From a virus: a DNA stretch of 64,000 bases. Where the stretch lies: positions 7,012 through 71,011 of the IMG/VR virus record IMGVR_UViG_3300022745_000025. One strand, written 5' to 3'. The notes beneath the pieces are model-generated. The model was not told the DNA's origin and did no database searches. It saw only the letters and a list, made by a program, of their open reading frames with translations. Of this stretch, positions 18,701 to 27,700 are shown in pieces (position 1 is the first letter of the stretch; each line of letters starts with the position of its first letter). Both the position numbers and the translations under genes were made by a program.

Positions 18701-20725
18701 AGCCCCCAGCAAGTAAGGGCGCTGGCAGTCGGGTTTGTCCAGACCTACGGCGCGGCCAACAAGGCCACACCAGTGGTACTGGAAGTAGCTGACGCCCTGA
18801 TCCAGTTGGCCAATGCGGCCAATCCGGTGGTTGAAGCCTTCACCGGTGCGGCTGACAACCTCCTGAAGGGTGGGGCGCTTAGTACGTTCAAGGTGTACAG
18901 CGCAACCATCGATGCGCTGAACTCTGCGAATCTCGACACAGGTGTGGCCACACAACTGACCAACACACTCGGCGCGATGTCGTCCGACGAGCTGCGTCAG
19001 GCGGCCTTCGCGTTTCTGGCTGTTGACGAGAACAGCGCGGAGGCCAAGGCTGCCGTCATCAAGTTGGCTGACACACTGATCACGATGCGTGACGCAGCGG
19101 TCAAAGCCAAAGAGGCTGCCGAAGACCAGGTGCGCAGCACCTACAAGGCGATCACCGATGCGCTCAAGGCCGAGGAGGACAAAATCATCTCCGGCCTCGT
19201 CGGCGCCCAGACCACCATCATCGACGGTGTGGTTGCCGCTCAGACCAACGTCAACAACCTGCTCAAGGAATCGGCCAACACCCTGCGCACGTTCGCCACG
19301 TCGATCACCGACTTCATCAACACGATCGACAACAGTGACCTATCTGGCAAGGACAAGCTGACTCAGTACGCGCAGGCTCAAAGCCAACTGGCGATCCTGA
19401 AAGCTCAGGCACTGGCCGGCGACGAGAAGGCCCAAAGCAAGCTCACCGACACTGCCCAGCGTGTGCTGGAGTTGGGGCGTGGTAATTCTGCAACAGCTGT
19501 TGACTATCAGCGCATCGTCGCTCAGGTCAAGAACTCACTGCAGGAAGTCGCGGATGCCGCTAACGCTCAAGCAAACCTGCTGAGCCCAGCAGACACCACC
19601 AAGCCGTTGGACGCTGCGCAGGCTGAGTTGGCAAAGTGGACCGAACTGGCCCACAAGTACAACATCAGCGACGCTACCATCCAGTACAAGCTGTCAGCCA
19701 CGCAGGACAAGCTGCTTGAGGCGGACGTGGCCATGGAGGAGTGGACACGCCTGACCAAGGACGCCGCAGTCTCGTCGGAGCGCATCGCCGCCGCCCAGTT
19801 GACCGCCGTGCAGAATGCACGCACCGATTGGCTGAAGGCGTCCGAGCTGAAGACTGAAGCTGACCGCATCATCGCTGCCAACAACCTGACTGGTGTCATC
19901 ACCGCCATCACCGAGAACCCACAGGTGAAGGCGCTGGCTGAGGCCGTGACTACCTACCAAGGTGCAGTAGCAGCGCTGAGCATCAACGTCAGCAGTCTCG
20001 GTATGGCCACCGGCGGCGTCGCCACATCTTTGGTTGCCACGCTGCAACCTCTGGTGACAGCTATCAACAACCTTGCTGAGGCTATTACAGGCATGAAGCC
20101 GACCAATGGCGGCTTGCAAGCGCCCAGGACACCTGCAGGCCCGTCGGCCCCGCTGAACCCGACAGCACCGATCACACCCAGCTCGCCGATACAGGACATC
20201 GCTGCCACGGCGAGCGACCTGCAGGCGCGGTACGGTGTGAACCAAGTGGCCGGTGCGATTGACTTCATCAACAGCGCCGTGGCTGCGGGCGATGCGCTTG
20301 GCCTTGCCCAAGCGGCCATCGCTGCCGGCGTGCCCAGCTCAGACTTGTCCAGCATGTTGGCGCTCACCGGTGTGGCCATCTCCGCGTCGGAAATCAGCGA
20401 CTGGGCCGTGGCCCAAGGCCTGCCACGCTTCGCCAGCGGCGGGTTCCACTCCGGCGGCTTGCGTCTGGTGGGTGAGAACGGCCCAGAACTGGAGGCCACA
20501 GGTGCGGCACGTATCTGGACAGCCGACCAGACGCGCAGCATGTTGAGCGGCGGTGGCGGGGATGACGACGGCGAGACGCTGGAGGTGCTGCAGGAGGTGC
20601 GCGACCTGCTGGTTTCCCTTGGGTACGAGGCCAAGGCCATTGCAGGCCACACCAACAAGACGGCACGTATCCTGACCCGTGTGACGCAAGACGGTGAGGC
20701 GGTGACCACCACACCTTTGGTGTGA
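12740..20725 (+). CDS. Tail tape measure protein (2661 aa)
   Basis: Ala-rich helical; TP901-type core (MGLNTQYGPIELAKGLKTLTLAG); C-terminal PRFASGG...VGENGPE motif. Confidence 0.9.
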   Translation: MSNSDFTVKGSLDIDLNDAESALKQFKRMLQAAANDDPLSQIGKGVDKNFSQIGLGLVGVLEKMHKAVQASNQRTVAEAKKTGKDVADAMEAEVGKKTIKVKIEGQYTPYNAQTVLSRDLANNQKAIQQAYNAMYTERQRLQKEMESARNSSASKFSEDDTRTLFGLPSRDGMKSFAAQLKAQMQADQAQLVKDASENQARMLASLKNQTKAMWSGQSADQNAALTTLKNQSKVMWAEQAQTQQAGLERLKSQSKAMWADKAKEQAAQKEALQDDLNFYHNILNLKVKAERKAAEEIAAAQKAATASAAKAMVNQSMQGLPPDHKVRIGDYSAWNATATGSQHGTLQSIYRQAKTPTPKIESNREPNWAEVITGTGAAARGASRDVQMFSGHMNDLHSAARGVASGFNAMWLTWGNIVPLLAGAGFSNMLVQTAKLGTEFESVIRAMQNLGEVGGTSINQLSAAALQMGLNTQYGPIELAKGLKTLTLAGLDAGEALAALPQMMSFATVAEMPLDKASESLMGISKAFGYTAERASVAGDVVAKAAAVSMSSVSDMTEAFKQASTVAQQYGVSVQDASVSLALLSNLGIKGASAGTAVRNMYNELIGMGKEARKILSEKLGVNVFDEQAKALKPLATIMKDLFGSLSRYDFESQIRMLTKLGGERGMKTFSADLIAMATAAKESGKDVNSVFDEIKKQMEDAPGFTAKAAAGMASSTENIMKQVPSALQSALIQTFEEMSPYLVNYSIQLRDMFKSNEFKEGLAAVVRGVGEFTGLLVDGIKYLYEHRSAVVLLIEAYAGFKILQALGGMLAGVAAQTLAFNAALVAQSRAAAGAEASMMTLRAALIGVNTAMGVVGLVLAAGAAAWGVYQWATADAADQTKDSTDRIKAAASEAAKAEQARFDVSMESMQKELDRLDAVLKAKGDDKLAAQILRDSEADRTVQRLADLNFEEISLKRLEAATKRAEAAEVARIGVGGGNQSRIANLNAEADALEGAAKAMQDDNDRQINAYLKMLDAIRTKSKAVADLGTTNTRLPKGSNKYNPDEGSNKGRGLSLKHDNELQQVEKRYADELSTIKGFEHNEQKFLKESHSAKLISDGQFYAQETLLAQEAEAAQLALIARTETAYMESQSRRIEDLQGQHDRYLASIKGKVNSSELKAKADEDLTRQMVDIGNAAVTFWQKMNNDGKSVEDNALARVRSQAIKAAGAIKEVDTATEKFWRDEANNRAKAGRVTSVEDALRYATPESAAYISAAASETERINDLLYAQDEIIRVKTLSVESARAAAALEGQANDELNKLYEAQRLELDKLIGARKTLAGMQGDMANISGQRALTKFRKDEEAALKNGVADAIVTGLFEGGQAGKGKLRNLIMAELRKPITVVVQAIVNPVMGALLGSLGLSSTAAAGQAGDSMLGSVSGSVGSSALSTSIFGPGGVSGFATSVGEGVAATISGTSGVPLASAGSTAFNIGASLPYVGAALLALNALGAFRTTRTVGGGLSGTLGSGDIQSYDLTRTSGTLFSGPDYNISNKQKSAWSEMIQNDWKLARNSIIDMAKSLDLATDGVKNFTTTLGTDVIHPDTGGLGIKLDDLVGKGLTDAQYAQEVKKRISEAILAGSDAMAQELIGSWKTTTEVIKTQVQGIFSDDFVTTEEEKTVTKREYVVSEFARSNETAIATLTRLSTSLSSFRNAAELLGYSTKVAGLAGANAASQFIDLFGSLQNFESLTADYFKNFYTDTEQIARQKAILDGKFNDLGLAMPTTKSAYRAQMDAAVSSGDQQRIADLLKLEPALAALFDSQDKAPEKAAQDAQNAADAAQQLAEKYQQITDKLNEDAAQTSIDTLRALGQSEQVVALERQQAIKGMDQYQISLYDANQAKKLELKAINENKDLEGQLAELMGDTAFARNKELAALEPGNRALQQRIWALQDEKDALSAFYSATDSAAEALLSHADLITYKYARQAKALSDAGVGTGNVLADAQTLASLSPQQVRALAVGFVQTYGAANKATPVVLEVADALIQLANAANPVVEAFTGAADNLLKGGALSTFKVYSATIDALNSANLDTGVATQLTNTLGAMSSDELRQAAFAFLAVDENSAEAKAAVIKLADTLITMRDAAVKAKEAAEDQVRSTYKAITDALKAEEDKIISGLVGAQTTIIDGVVAAQTNVNNLLKESANTLRTFATSITDFINTIDNSDLSGKDKLTQYAQAQSQLAILKAQALAGDEKAQSKLTDTAQRVLELGRGNSATAVDYQRIVAQVKNSLQEVADAANAQANLLSPADTTKPLDAAQAELAKWTELAHKYNISDATIQYKLSATQDKLLEADVAMEEWTRLTKDAAVSSERIAAAQLTAVQNARTDWLKASELKTEADRIIAANNLTGVITAITENPQVKALAEAVTTYQGAVAALSINVSSLGMATGGVATSLVATLQPLVTAINNLAEAITGMKPTNGGLQAPRTPAGPSAPLNPTAPITPSSPIQDIAATASDLQARYGVNQVAGAIDFINSAVAAGDALGLAQAAIAAGVPSSDLSSMLALTGVAISASEISDWAVAQGLPRFASGGFHSGGLRLVGENGPELEATGAARIWTADQTRSMLSGGGGDDDGETLEVLQEVRDLLVSLGYEAKAIAGHTNKTARILTRVTQDGEAVTTTPLV

Positions 20726-20727
20726 TA

Positions 20728-20765
20728 GGGGGGATTGACTGGAGCACAAAGGTGTTCCAGTCTGG
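20728..20765 (+). promoter_or_regulatory. Putative late promoter copy 4 (before tail-tip genes)
   Basis: GGGGGGA TTGACT-17bp-CAGTCT GG. Confidence 0.75.
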
Positions 20766-20823
20766 TAGCCACCTTTGAAAATAAGGCCCACGACAGGTAC
20801 GGACCTGCAAGTGGGCGTGCCCG

Positions 20824-21738
20824 ATGATCGTCCTCAAGCCCAACAAACTCAGCGCTGCCAGCCTGATCTCCACCACTGCGGTGGAGACGGTTGCGCTTTG
20901 GAACGCGGCTACGAGTTACGCCGTGGGCAACCTTGTGCGTCGGGACACGACCAACCGCATCTATGAGTGCCTGACCGCAGGTGTCGATGCGACGTTGCCG
21001 GAGGTGTCGGCGGCGCTGGCCACCGGCGCACGCTGGCTGGACACCGGTCCATCGAACAAGTACGCGATTCTGGACGAGCAGATCAACACGAAAACGTCGG
21101 CGACTACAACGCTGACCTTCGTCATCGCCCCGGGTGCATGCACCTCAATCGCGTTGTTCGGCATCGAGGGAGCCTACACAGCCACAGCCACCGTGCGTGA
21201 CGGTCTGGCTGGATCAGTCGTGTTCACGAAGACCCAGACATTGGACGCCACGATCATCACGGACTGGTTCGACTACTTCTTCGAGCTGAACGTGCCGAAG
21301 CCAGATTGGGTTGTGACGGGCATCCCGCCATACAACAACGCGCACGTGACCATCACCCTGACGGCCACCACCGGCACCACCGTCAAGTGCGGTGTATTCC
21401 TCGCCGGTTTCACCTATGACCTCGGCACCACCAACTACGGTGCGTCGGCCGGGATCATCGACTACAGCAAGAAGGACACCGACGAATTCGGCAACACCAC
21501 GTTCGTCCGTCGGGCGTACAGCAAGCGCCTGAGCGCCAAGCTGGACCTGCCGAATTCCAAGCTCAACAAGATCCAGTACGTGCTGGCTGAGCTCCGCGCC
21601 ACCCCATCCGCCTGGATGGGCACCAACGAGTTCGGGTACGACCCGCTCACGGTGTACGGCTTCTACAAAGATTTCAGCATCGAGGTGCAGTACGCCGACT
21701 GGTCGTCATGCAGCCTCGAGATTGAGGGGTTGATTTAA
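20824..21738 (+). CDS. Minor tail protein (distal tail-like)
   Basis: First gene after tape measure; beta-rich; DYSKKDTDEFGN...RRAYSK motif. Confidence 0.6.
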   Translation: MIVLKPNKLSAASLISTTAVETVALWNAATSYAVGNLVRRDTTNRIYECLTAGVDATLPEVSAALATGARWLDTGPSNKYAILDEQINTKTSATTTLTFVIAPGACTSIALFGIEGAYTATATVRDGLAGSVVFTKTQTLDATIITDWFDYFFELNVPKPDWVVTGIPPYNNAHVTITLTATTGTTVKCGVFLAGFTYDLGTTNYGASAGIIDYSKKDTDEFGNTTFVRRAYSKRLSAKLDLPNSKLNKIQYVLAELRATPSAWMGTNEFGYDPLTVYGFYKDFSIEVQYADWSSCSLEIEGLI

Positions 21739-22667
21739 TGGCAATGACCGCTTTACCTGATCCACCTTCCAGGCAGGATCCGACCACGTTCGCCACGAAG
21801 AGCGACGCCCTCCTTGGTGCGCTGCCCGCGTTCGTCACTGAGGCGAATGCCCTGCAAGTTGACGTCACTGCGAAACAGACCACGGCCAGTACAGCGGCGG
21901 GCACAGCTACGACCAAGGCTGCCGAGGCCCTCGCAAGCGCCAACACCGCCAGCGGACACAAGGACGCTGCGGCTACGTCGGCAGGTCAGGCGGCTACGAG
22001 CGCCTCCCAAGCAGCCAACTACGCTGCCGCGCTTCTCGCTACCAGCACCTCGAGCATCACGATCGGTACGGGCAGCAGGTCATTCACCACGCAGGCGTCC
22101 AAGCAATTCGCCGCCGGCGTGTGGGTGCTGATTGCCAGCGCCGCGAACACCGCGAACTACATGCACGGGCAAGTGACGAGCTACTCCAGCACGACGCTGG
22201 TCGTCTCTGTGGACAACATCGGCGGCACCGGAACCTTCGCCGATTGGGTGATCTCAGTCGCAGGTACGCGGGGAGCCGTAGGTGCGACGGGCGGCCTGAC
22301 CGGCGGGACGATGAGCGGCGCGCTGAATTACAACACTACGCAACCTGTCGCCAGCGCTTCCACAGTCGACCTCTCTCTGGTGACCAGCAACGTCGTCACC
22401 GTGACAGGCACGACCACGATCACTTCTCTGGGCACGATCGCTGCCGGTGCCGAGCGCTTGATCACGTTCGCCGGTGCCCTGACCCTGACCCACAACGCTA
22501 CCAGCCTGATCCTGCCCGGCGCGGCCAGCATCACCACGGCTGCGGGAGACACGGCGTACTTCATCTCTCTGGGATCTGGCAACTGGCGTTGCACGTCCTA
22601 CCAGAAAGCGGACGGAGCACCCCTGAGCTCTCCGGCCCTGTTCATGTTCTACATGTCAAACATCTGA
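21738..22667 (+). CDS. Tail/fibre protein
   Basis: Ala/Thr/Ser-rich linker plus beta modules (SITIGTGSRSF, TITSLGT). Confidence 0.6.
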   Translation: MAMTALPDPPSRQDPTTFATKSDALLGALPAFVTEANALQVDVTAKQTTASTAAGTATTKAAEALASANTASGHKDAAATSAGQAATSASQAANYAAALLATSTSSITIGTGSRSFTTQASKQFAAGVWVLIASAANTANYMHGQVTSYSSTTLVVSVDNIGGTGTFADWVISVAGTRGAVGATGGLTGGTMSGALNYNTTQPVASASTVDLSLVTSNVVTVTGTTTITSLGTIAAGAERLITFAGALTLTHNATSLILPGAASITTAAGDTAYFISLGSGNWRCTSYQKADGAPLSSPALFMFYMSNI

Positions 22668-22676
22668 GGTTACCCA

Positions 22677-22988
22677 ATGGCCACCGCAATATCCGGCACA
22701 ACCGCCGTCACCGCCAACACCGACACGACGCTCCTGAACGTCGCTGCAGGCAAGCAGGCAACCTGCACAGTCAACGTGTGCAACCGGGGCACTTCGGACG
22801 CCACCGTTCGCATCGCCTTGTCCGCAACAGCTACACCCGCCACGTCCGAGTACATCGAGTACGACGTGGTTGTTCCTGCGAGCGGTGTGCTCGAGCGCGG
22901 CGGGCTTGTCCGCCCCGCCAGCACCTACATCGTTGTTCGATCTTCCAGCACATCCGTCAGCTTTAACTATTGGGGGTTCCAAGAATGA
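22677..22988 (+). CDS. Small virion protein (beta-rich)
   Basis: 103 aa coupled ORF in fibre module. Confidence 0.5.
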   Translation: MATAISGTTAVTANTDTTLLNVAAGKQATCTVNVCNRGTSDATVRIALSATATPATSEYIEYDVVVPASGVLERGGLVRPASTYIVVRSSSTSVSFNYWGFQE

Positions 22989-25807
22989 GCCGCAATTTGA
23001 CCGTTACACAGGCGTCCACAGTTCAGGATGACCCCATCTACGCGACCACAGCATCCGCTGTCGCTGCCAACGATCTTCTCGTCTACGACGAGAACAACGC
23101 CGTCAAGACCGCATCCGTGTCGTCCACGATGACGGTCTACGGACCGAAACTGAACCCTTCGTATACGTTTTCAAGTGTAGGTAGATCAACCTACTACCCG
23201 TCGACAGGTGTGAACCACCTCGCATCTACCTGCCTGAACAACGGCAACATTGCCTATGTGTTCAATGACACGGGTAACTCAAACCGCGCATCCGTGACGG
23301 TGATGAGCCCGACATTGACATCCGTAGTTGCACCAATCGCGCTACATGCGTCGGCAACTATCATCACTTGCGACATCCATAGTCTGGCTGGAGGTGGGTT
23401 CGTTGTTGGTGTTTGGTTAAATACCAACGAAATCATCGTGGCTGCGTACCAGGCTGATGGTACTGTGATCTTGGCCCCTACAAACGTCGCAACTCTTACT
23501 ATCGCCGCCGGGTGCACGGTCAAAGTCTGCCGGGCCGATACCACCGGAACTGGTTTCGCTATTTTCTACTGTAATGGTGGGTCTTCCCTCACCGGTCGCA
23601 ATTACACGTCAGCTGGTGTCGCTCTAATGGTCGCCACTATCTACTCGTCTGCAGCTGCGGCCTCCCAGTTCGTCAGCTATGGGTACGGCAGCAAGTTCAC
23701 TGTCATGCGCAACCCATATGACGGTCTCATTTACTTGGCGACCTTCAACAACACAACCACCACAAGCTCCTATACAGACCACGTCTACATTGCGTCAATC
23801 TCCTCCTCCAGCCTGGCGAATAACAGCTCCGTAAACACATTCAGCTGGACAACACCAAGCGCAATCACGGCATTCAAGCGGATTGAGATGTTGCCGTGGG
23901 ATGGCACGATATTGGTATTCGTAGCAGCAGCCAAGTACTACAACAACGCGAACTACGGTGGCTATAGATTCAAGTCGTTCGCTGCCGGCAGCCTCACGTC
24001 AAGTTGGTCAGCCGAAGCCGGGTTCTTCGGGGACTCGGGGCTGTCTGAAAGCGCCTATGCGTATGGTCACGTAGGTACGATGAAAGCCTGCATAGCTGAT
24101 CACAGCACAGGCCGCTCCTTCCTTGCCTTGGCAGACCCTAACGGCAACCGCATTCGAGTGCTCGAATTCGCCCCCGGTGCGGCCACCGCGCTGGAGCGCA
24201 ACACGGTGAATCACGGCTGCAGCCCAGCCTACCCCAATATCACCATTTGTGCCAACGGTGACAACGTCTATACGATGCGCCCGGCGAGCGTGAGCGCCCC
24301 GTCAGCCGCGTCTATCTACTTTGATGCCCTCAGTGCGGCTCCAGAGGTTGTGTCCGTGACGGCGACCTATGACGCCTACGGGAAGGCTGTCGGAGTCCCT
24401 ACCGCGACTGACTACGCAGTGCCAAGTGGAGACTACAACATCCAGTACGCCCTGAAGAACGGGCAGGGTATGGTTACCGAAGATCACAACCAGTACATGC
24501 ACCGTAAATCGGTGTCGCTGCCAAACGGCGGCTTCGCGTACCTCGCCAACTCCATAACCGGAAGCAGCGAGTACAACACGTACGGCGCGGGCAATGCGCA
24601 GAGCTACGCACCGCAGATTGTGTTCCTGCACGCCGATGCATCCTCCGCCTACTCGGCGGTGATCCTGCATAAGCATGGGACCATCTATAACTGGGGACAG
24701 GCAAGCAGTAGTCCGATGTGCAATCTGCAAAGCACACTGCACTTCGTCAACAACAGGTTCTGCCTGCTGCGCAAGATCTACAACGTCAACTCGGTCTACT
24801 CACTGGAGTTGACGATCCTCGATGCGACGGGCCGCACCTGCACGTACAACGGCGATCTGTTCAACCTGTCCAGCGGGTCGACTCTCTCGCACTACGACGC
24901 AGTGGACGTTGGCGGCAATCGCCTGTTTGTAGCCTGGACCGATGTTCTTTCTACATCAAACGCCACAGGCAGGGTAGTTTGCTACAACATCACTAGCGGT
25001 GGCAGTATCTCGACAGCTTTGGCGCTCACCGCTATGACTGGCAACCAGTCATACCAGTACGGTCGTGTGGCGGTTGGGTACAACAAGACGCATGCTATTG
25101 CCGTGACGTGTCAGGATGGGTCGCCGGCAACCACACCGACCTTCAGCACCACAACGGTCCCACTGGCCACGATGGCCAGCCCGAGCCACGGGACTGTTGC
25201 CAGCCCTAACGGACTAGGCCAAAACAACGCAGCCTTGCGCATCGTGCCGTTTGGGTCTGGATCTTCAAAGTTCGCCATCTTTTTCTCTACAAGCAGCTCA
25301 TCAAGCGTCTACGAATACCTGTTCACTACCAACGGATCGAATGCTGTATACAGCACCAACACAAACGGCGTTCTTTACGGCTTCAAGGTGTTCAACAAGC
25401 CTGATGGATCCGCTGCATTCGTCTACAACCCGACAACGTCAGGCACTGCGGTGAACAACTACGGGCCAGACAAGACAACCGTGTCTACCGGGTATGCGAC
25501 TGTGGGGACCAACACTAACTACGGCTACACCTTCCGAGCAGCTGACGGCACCTTGCTGGCGCGTATCCCGACCAATACCGACTGGAGCTACTTCTCCTCG
25601 GCCGTAGTGCCGTCTGTCGCAGGTGTCGCCAAGGCGGCGGCCAACTCCGGGGACGTTGTGGGCATCGCCCGCACCGGCACCTACCGCCTGAACAAGTCGT
25701 ACGGCACGTTCGTGTTCAACAACAAGGGGAGCTCACCTCCCGGAGCCAAGGGCATTGTCACTGGTGCCACGGCCATCCTCAACTCTTCAAAAACCAACAT
25801 CAATTGA
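22985..25807 (+). CDS. Putative receptor-binding tail fibre/tip protein (940 aa, Ser/Thr/Tyr-rich)
   Basis: ATG overlapping previous stop; recurring xGGF/NGNI blade-like motifs; lower GC. Confidence 0.6.
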   Translation: MSRNLTVTQASTVQDDPIYATTASAVAANDLLVYDENNAVKTASVSSTMTVYGPKLNPSYTFSSVGRSTYYPSTGVNHLASTCLNNGNIAYVFNDTGNSNRASVTVMSPTLTSVVAPIALHASATIITCDIHSLAGGGFVVGVWLNTNEIIVAAYQADGTVILAPTNVATLTIAAGCTVKVCRADTTGTGFAIFYCNGGSSLTGRNYTSAGVALMVATIYSSAAAASQFVSYGYGSKFTVMRNPYDGLIYLATFNNTTTTSSYTDHVYIASISSSSLANNSSVNTFSWTTPSAITAFKRIEMLPWDGTILVFVAAAKYYNNANYGGYRFKSFAAGSLTSSWSAEAGFFGDSGLSESAYAYGHVGTMKACIADHSTGRSFLALADPNGNRIRVLEFAPGAATALERNTVNHGCSPAYPNITICANGDNVYTMRPASVSAPSAASIYFDALSAAPEVVSVTATYDAYGKAVGVPTATDYAVPSGDYNIQYALKNGQGMVTEDHNQYMHRKSVSLPNGGFAYLANSITGSSEYNTYGAGNAQSYAPQIVFLHADASSAYSAVILHKHGTIYNWGQASSSPMCNLQSTLHFVNNRFCLLRKIYNVNSVYSLELTILDATGRTCTYNGDLFNLSSGSTLSHYDAVDVGGNRLFVAWTDVLSTSNATGRVVCYNITSGGSISTALALTAMTGNQSYQYGRVAVGYNKTHAIAVTCQDGSPATTPTFSTTTVPLATMASPSHGTVASPNGLGQNNAALRIVPFGSGSSKFAIFFSTSSSSSVYEYLFTTNGSNAVYSTNTNGVLYGFKVFNKPDGSAAFVYNPTTSGTAVNNYGPDKTTVSTGYATVGTNTNYGYTFRAADGTLLARIPTNTDWSYFSSAVVPSVAGVAKAAANSGDVVGIARTGTYRLNKSYGTFVFNNKGSSPPGAKGIVTGATAILNSSKTNIN

Positions 25808-25815
25808 GGTGACAC

Positions 25816-26097
25816 ATGGCTACAGGAATTTTGATTGCGAACGGCAACACCAGCGTCACGTACACCTACACCCCTAACGTGGACGCCCGGGTGATCATCG
25901 CCTGCGGGTCTCCAGGCACAGTCAACGGCTACTCAATGACCGTCAACGGAGCCACCCTCTACAGCTCGAGCGGCGTCACCAGTGGTATCGCTACTCCCCC
26001 GCAGTGGGAGATTTTCGTGGGGGCAGGCCAGACCCTGACCCTTGTCTGGCCGGGATCCGCTGCCATGTCCGCCGTCGTCTCTTGCATCGAGGAGTAA
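25816..26097 (+). CDS. Small virion protein
   Basis: GAGG RBS; beta-rich. Confidence 0.5.
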   Translation: MATGILIANGNTSVTYTYTPNVDARVIIACGSPGTVNGYSMTVNGATLYSSSGVTSGIATPPQWEIFVGAGQTLTLVWPGSAAMSAVVSCIEE

Positions 26098-26101
26098 TCA
26101 C

Positions 26102-26524
26102 ATGAAAGCCATCTTCATCAAAGCCGGCGTCGTCACTGGCGTGGCCTCTTTCTCCACCGGTGCTATCGCGTCGAGCGACCCCGACGTCGTCACCATCTAC
26201 CAGCCGGACGACTTCGCTGTCAACGCCGGTGACACCTACGCGGACGGCGTGTTCACGCCCGGCACGCCCCCGGCACCGCCTGCGCCCGTGGTATCGCCAG
26301 TCCAGTTCAAACTGCTGTTCACCGCGCAGGAGCGCGTGGCCATGCGGACGGCACGCGCCACAGACCCTGTCATCGACGACTTCTTCGACATCGTCGAAGA
26401 CCCTCGCCTGACCGGTGTTGACCTCGGCATGCAGAGTACGCAAGATGCCGTCGCATACCTCAACGCTCAGGGTCTCCTGACCGATGAGCGCGCTGCGGAG
26501 GTGCTGACAGGGGTGCTGAAGTGA
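26102..26524 (+). CDS. Tail fibre assembly-like protein
   Basis: GGAG RBS at 26091-26094; C-terminal QFKLLFTAQER...LTDERAAEVL resembles fibre chaperone genes. Confidence 0.5.
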   Translation: MKAIFIKAGVVTGVASFSTGAIASSDPDVVTIYQPDDFAVNAGDTYADGVFTPGTPPAPPAPVVSPVQFKLLFTAQERVAMRTARATDPVIDDFFDIVEDPRLTGVDLGMQSTQDAVAYLNAQGLLTDERAAEVLTGVLK

Positions 26525-27405
26525 ATCAAGTCGACCTGCGATCAGCCTACGACCAGGTCTACAACCAAGGCTCCAACCCATCGTGCGGGCCTCACGCGGT
26601 GACCGCCGCGCTGGACTGCATGTACGAGCGCGTGCTTAACAAGCAGGTGCGGTTCAGCAAGGACTACATCTGGGAGTGGAGCCGCTTCCACTTGGGCCTC
26701 GCCGGGCAGTCTGTTGGCAGCACGTTCGAGTCGCTGGAGAAGACCCTGCGGGTGAACGGTGCCCGGCTCGGTGACGACGTCATCAGGGGGTTCCGACTCG
26801 AGCGCACCTTCGTCAGCGACCCCACCTACACCGAGATGCGCAACCTGCTTTGTGCAGGCTTCCCTGTCATCTGGTTGATGAAGGCCACACCAGACCTCAT
26901 CGCACTGGACGGCAAGCGCAACTGGCGGCAGCACCACCTGAGTACCGACACCTCCGAGACGTGGGGCATGCACTTCGTGGCCATTGTTGGCTATGACGAC
27001 GACGCCCAAATGTGGCTGGCTGAGAACTCCTGGGGCCCCGACTGGGGTGACGGCGGTTTCTTCGGCATCCCATACAAATCGTTCAGCGCGCTGACCGAGG
27101 GGATCATGCACATCAACGTGGCACCCATCAACCCGAAACCCGTGGAGGGATACAAGATGCCAATGGCATACATGCTCACGAACGATCGCGCCGCATTCGC
27201 CGAGCGCGTTACACCAGCCCTGATCGAGGTGCTCACCAAGGCCATGACGGACGGGGACGTGCCCGGGTTGATTGCCGCCTGCAAGAAGTGGGGTGTCGGC
27301 GACAAGCACTTGGAGACCATGCTTGGCTGGGAGCGCGGGTCTGTTCGGTCCTTCAAGACGGAGCACCCCAGCCTCGAGTGGGACGATTTCGTCTGGGAGC
27401 AGTGA
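26521..27405 (+). CDS. Papain-like (C1 family) cysteine peptidase
   Basis: NQGSNPSCGPHA (Gln oxyanion + Cys), HFVAIVGY (His), WLAENSWGPDWGDGGF (Asn). Confidence 0.85.
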   Translation: MNQVDLRSAYDQVYNQGSNPSCGPHAVTAALDCMYERVLNKQVRFSKDYIWEWSRFHLGLAGQSVGSTFESLEKTLRVNGARLGDDVIRGFRLERTFVSDPTYTEMRNLLCAGFPVIWLMKATPDLIALDGKRNWRQHHLSTDTSETWGMHFVAIVGYDDDAQMWLAENSWGPDWGDGGFFGIPYKSFSALTEGIMHINVAPINPKPVEGYKMPMAYMLTNDRAAFAERVTPALIEVLTKAMTDGDVPGLIAACKKWGVGDKHLETMLGWERGSVRSFKTEHPSLEWDDFVWEQ

Positions 27406-27641
27406 TGAGTTACTGGCTCGCCCTGTTCGTCGCCATCGATCAGCTGCTCAACGTAATGCTGTTCGGCAGCCCTGACGAGACCCTCAGCAGCCGCGCATAC
27501 CGGGCCGACCGTGACGGCAAGGTCTTCGGCAAGCTGTTCCGCCCCTGCATCGACGCCTTGTTTTTCTGGCAGGCGCAACACTGCTACCAGGCATACCTGT
27601 CCGAGCTTCGGCGCAAGCAGTACTCCGCCAATTTCAGGTAG
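27405..27641 (+). CDS. Small conserved phage protein (AIDQLLN...DETLSSR type)
   Basis: TGATG coupling; IDQxxN/DETxSSR pattern common near phage tail/lysis genes. Confidence 0.6.
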   Translation: MSYWLALFVAIDQLLNVMLFGSPDETLSSRAYRADRDGKVFGKLFRPCIDALFFWQAQHCYQAYLSELRRKQYSANFR

Positions 27642-27678
27642 GGGGGATTGACTTTGGTCCGCGGCCGCTCCAGTCTGG
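27641..27678 (+). promoter_or_regulatory. Putative late promoter copy 5 (before lysis cassette)
   Basis: GGGGGGA TTGACT-17bp-CAGTCT GG. Confidence 0.75.
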
Positions 27679-27700
27679 TTCAAACCACTGGAGCTTCGGA

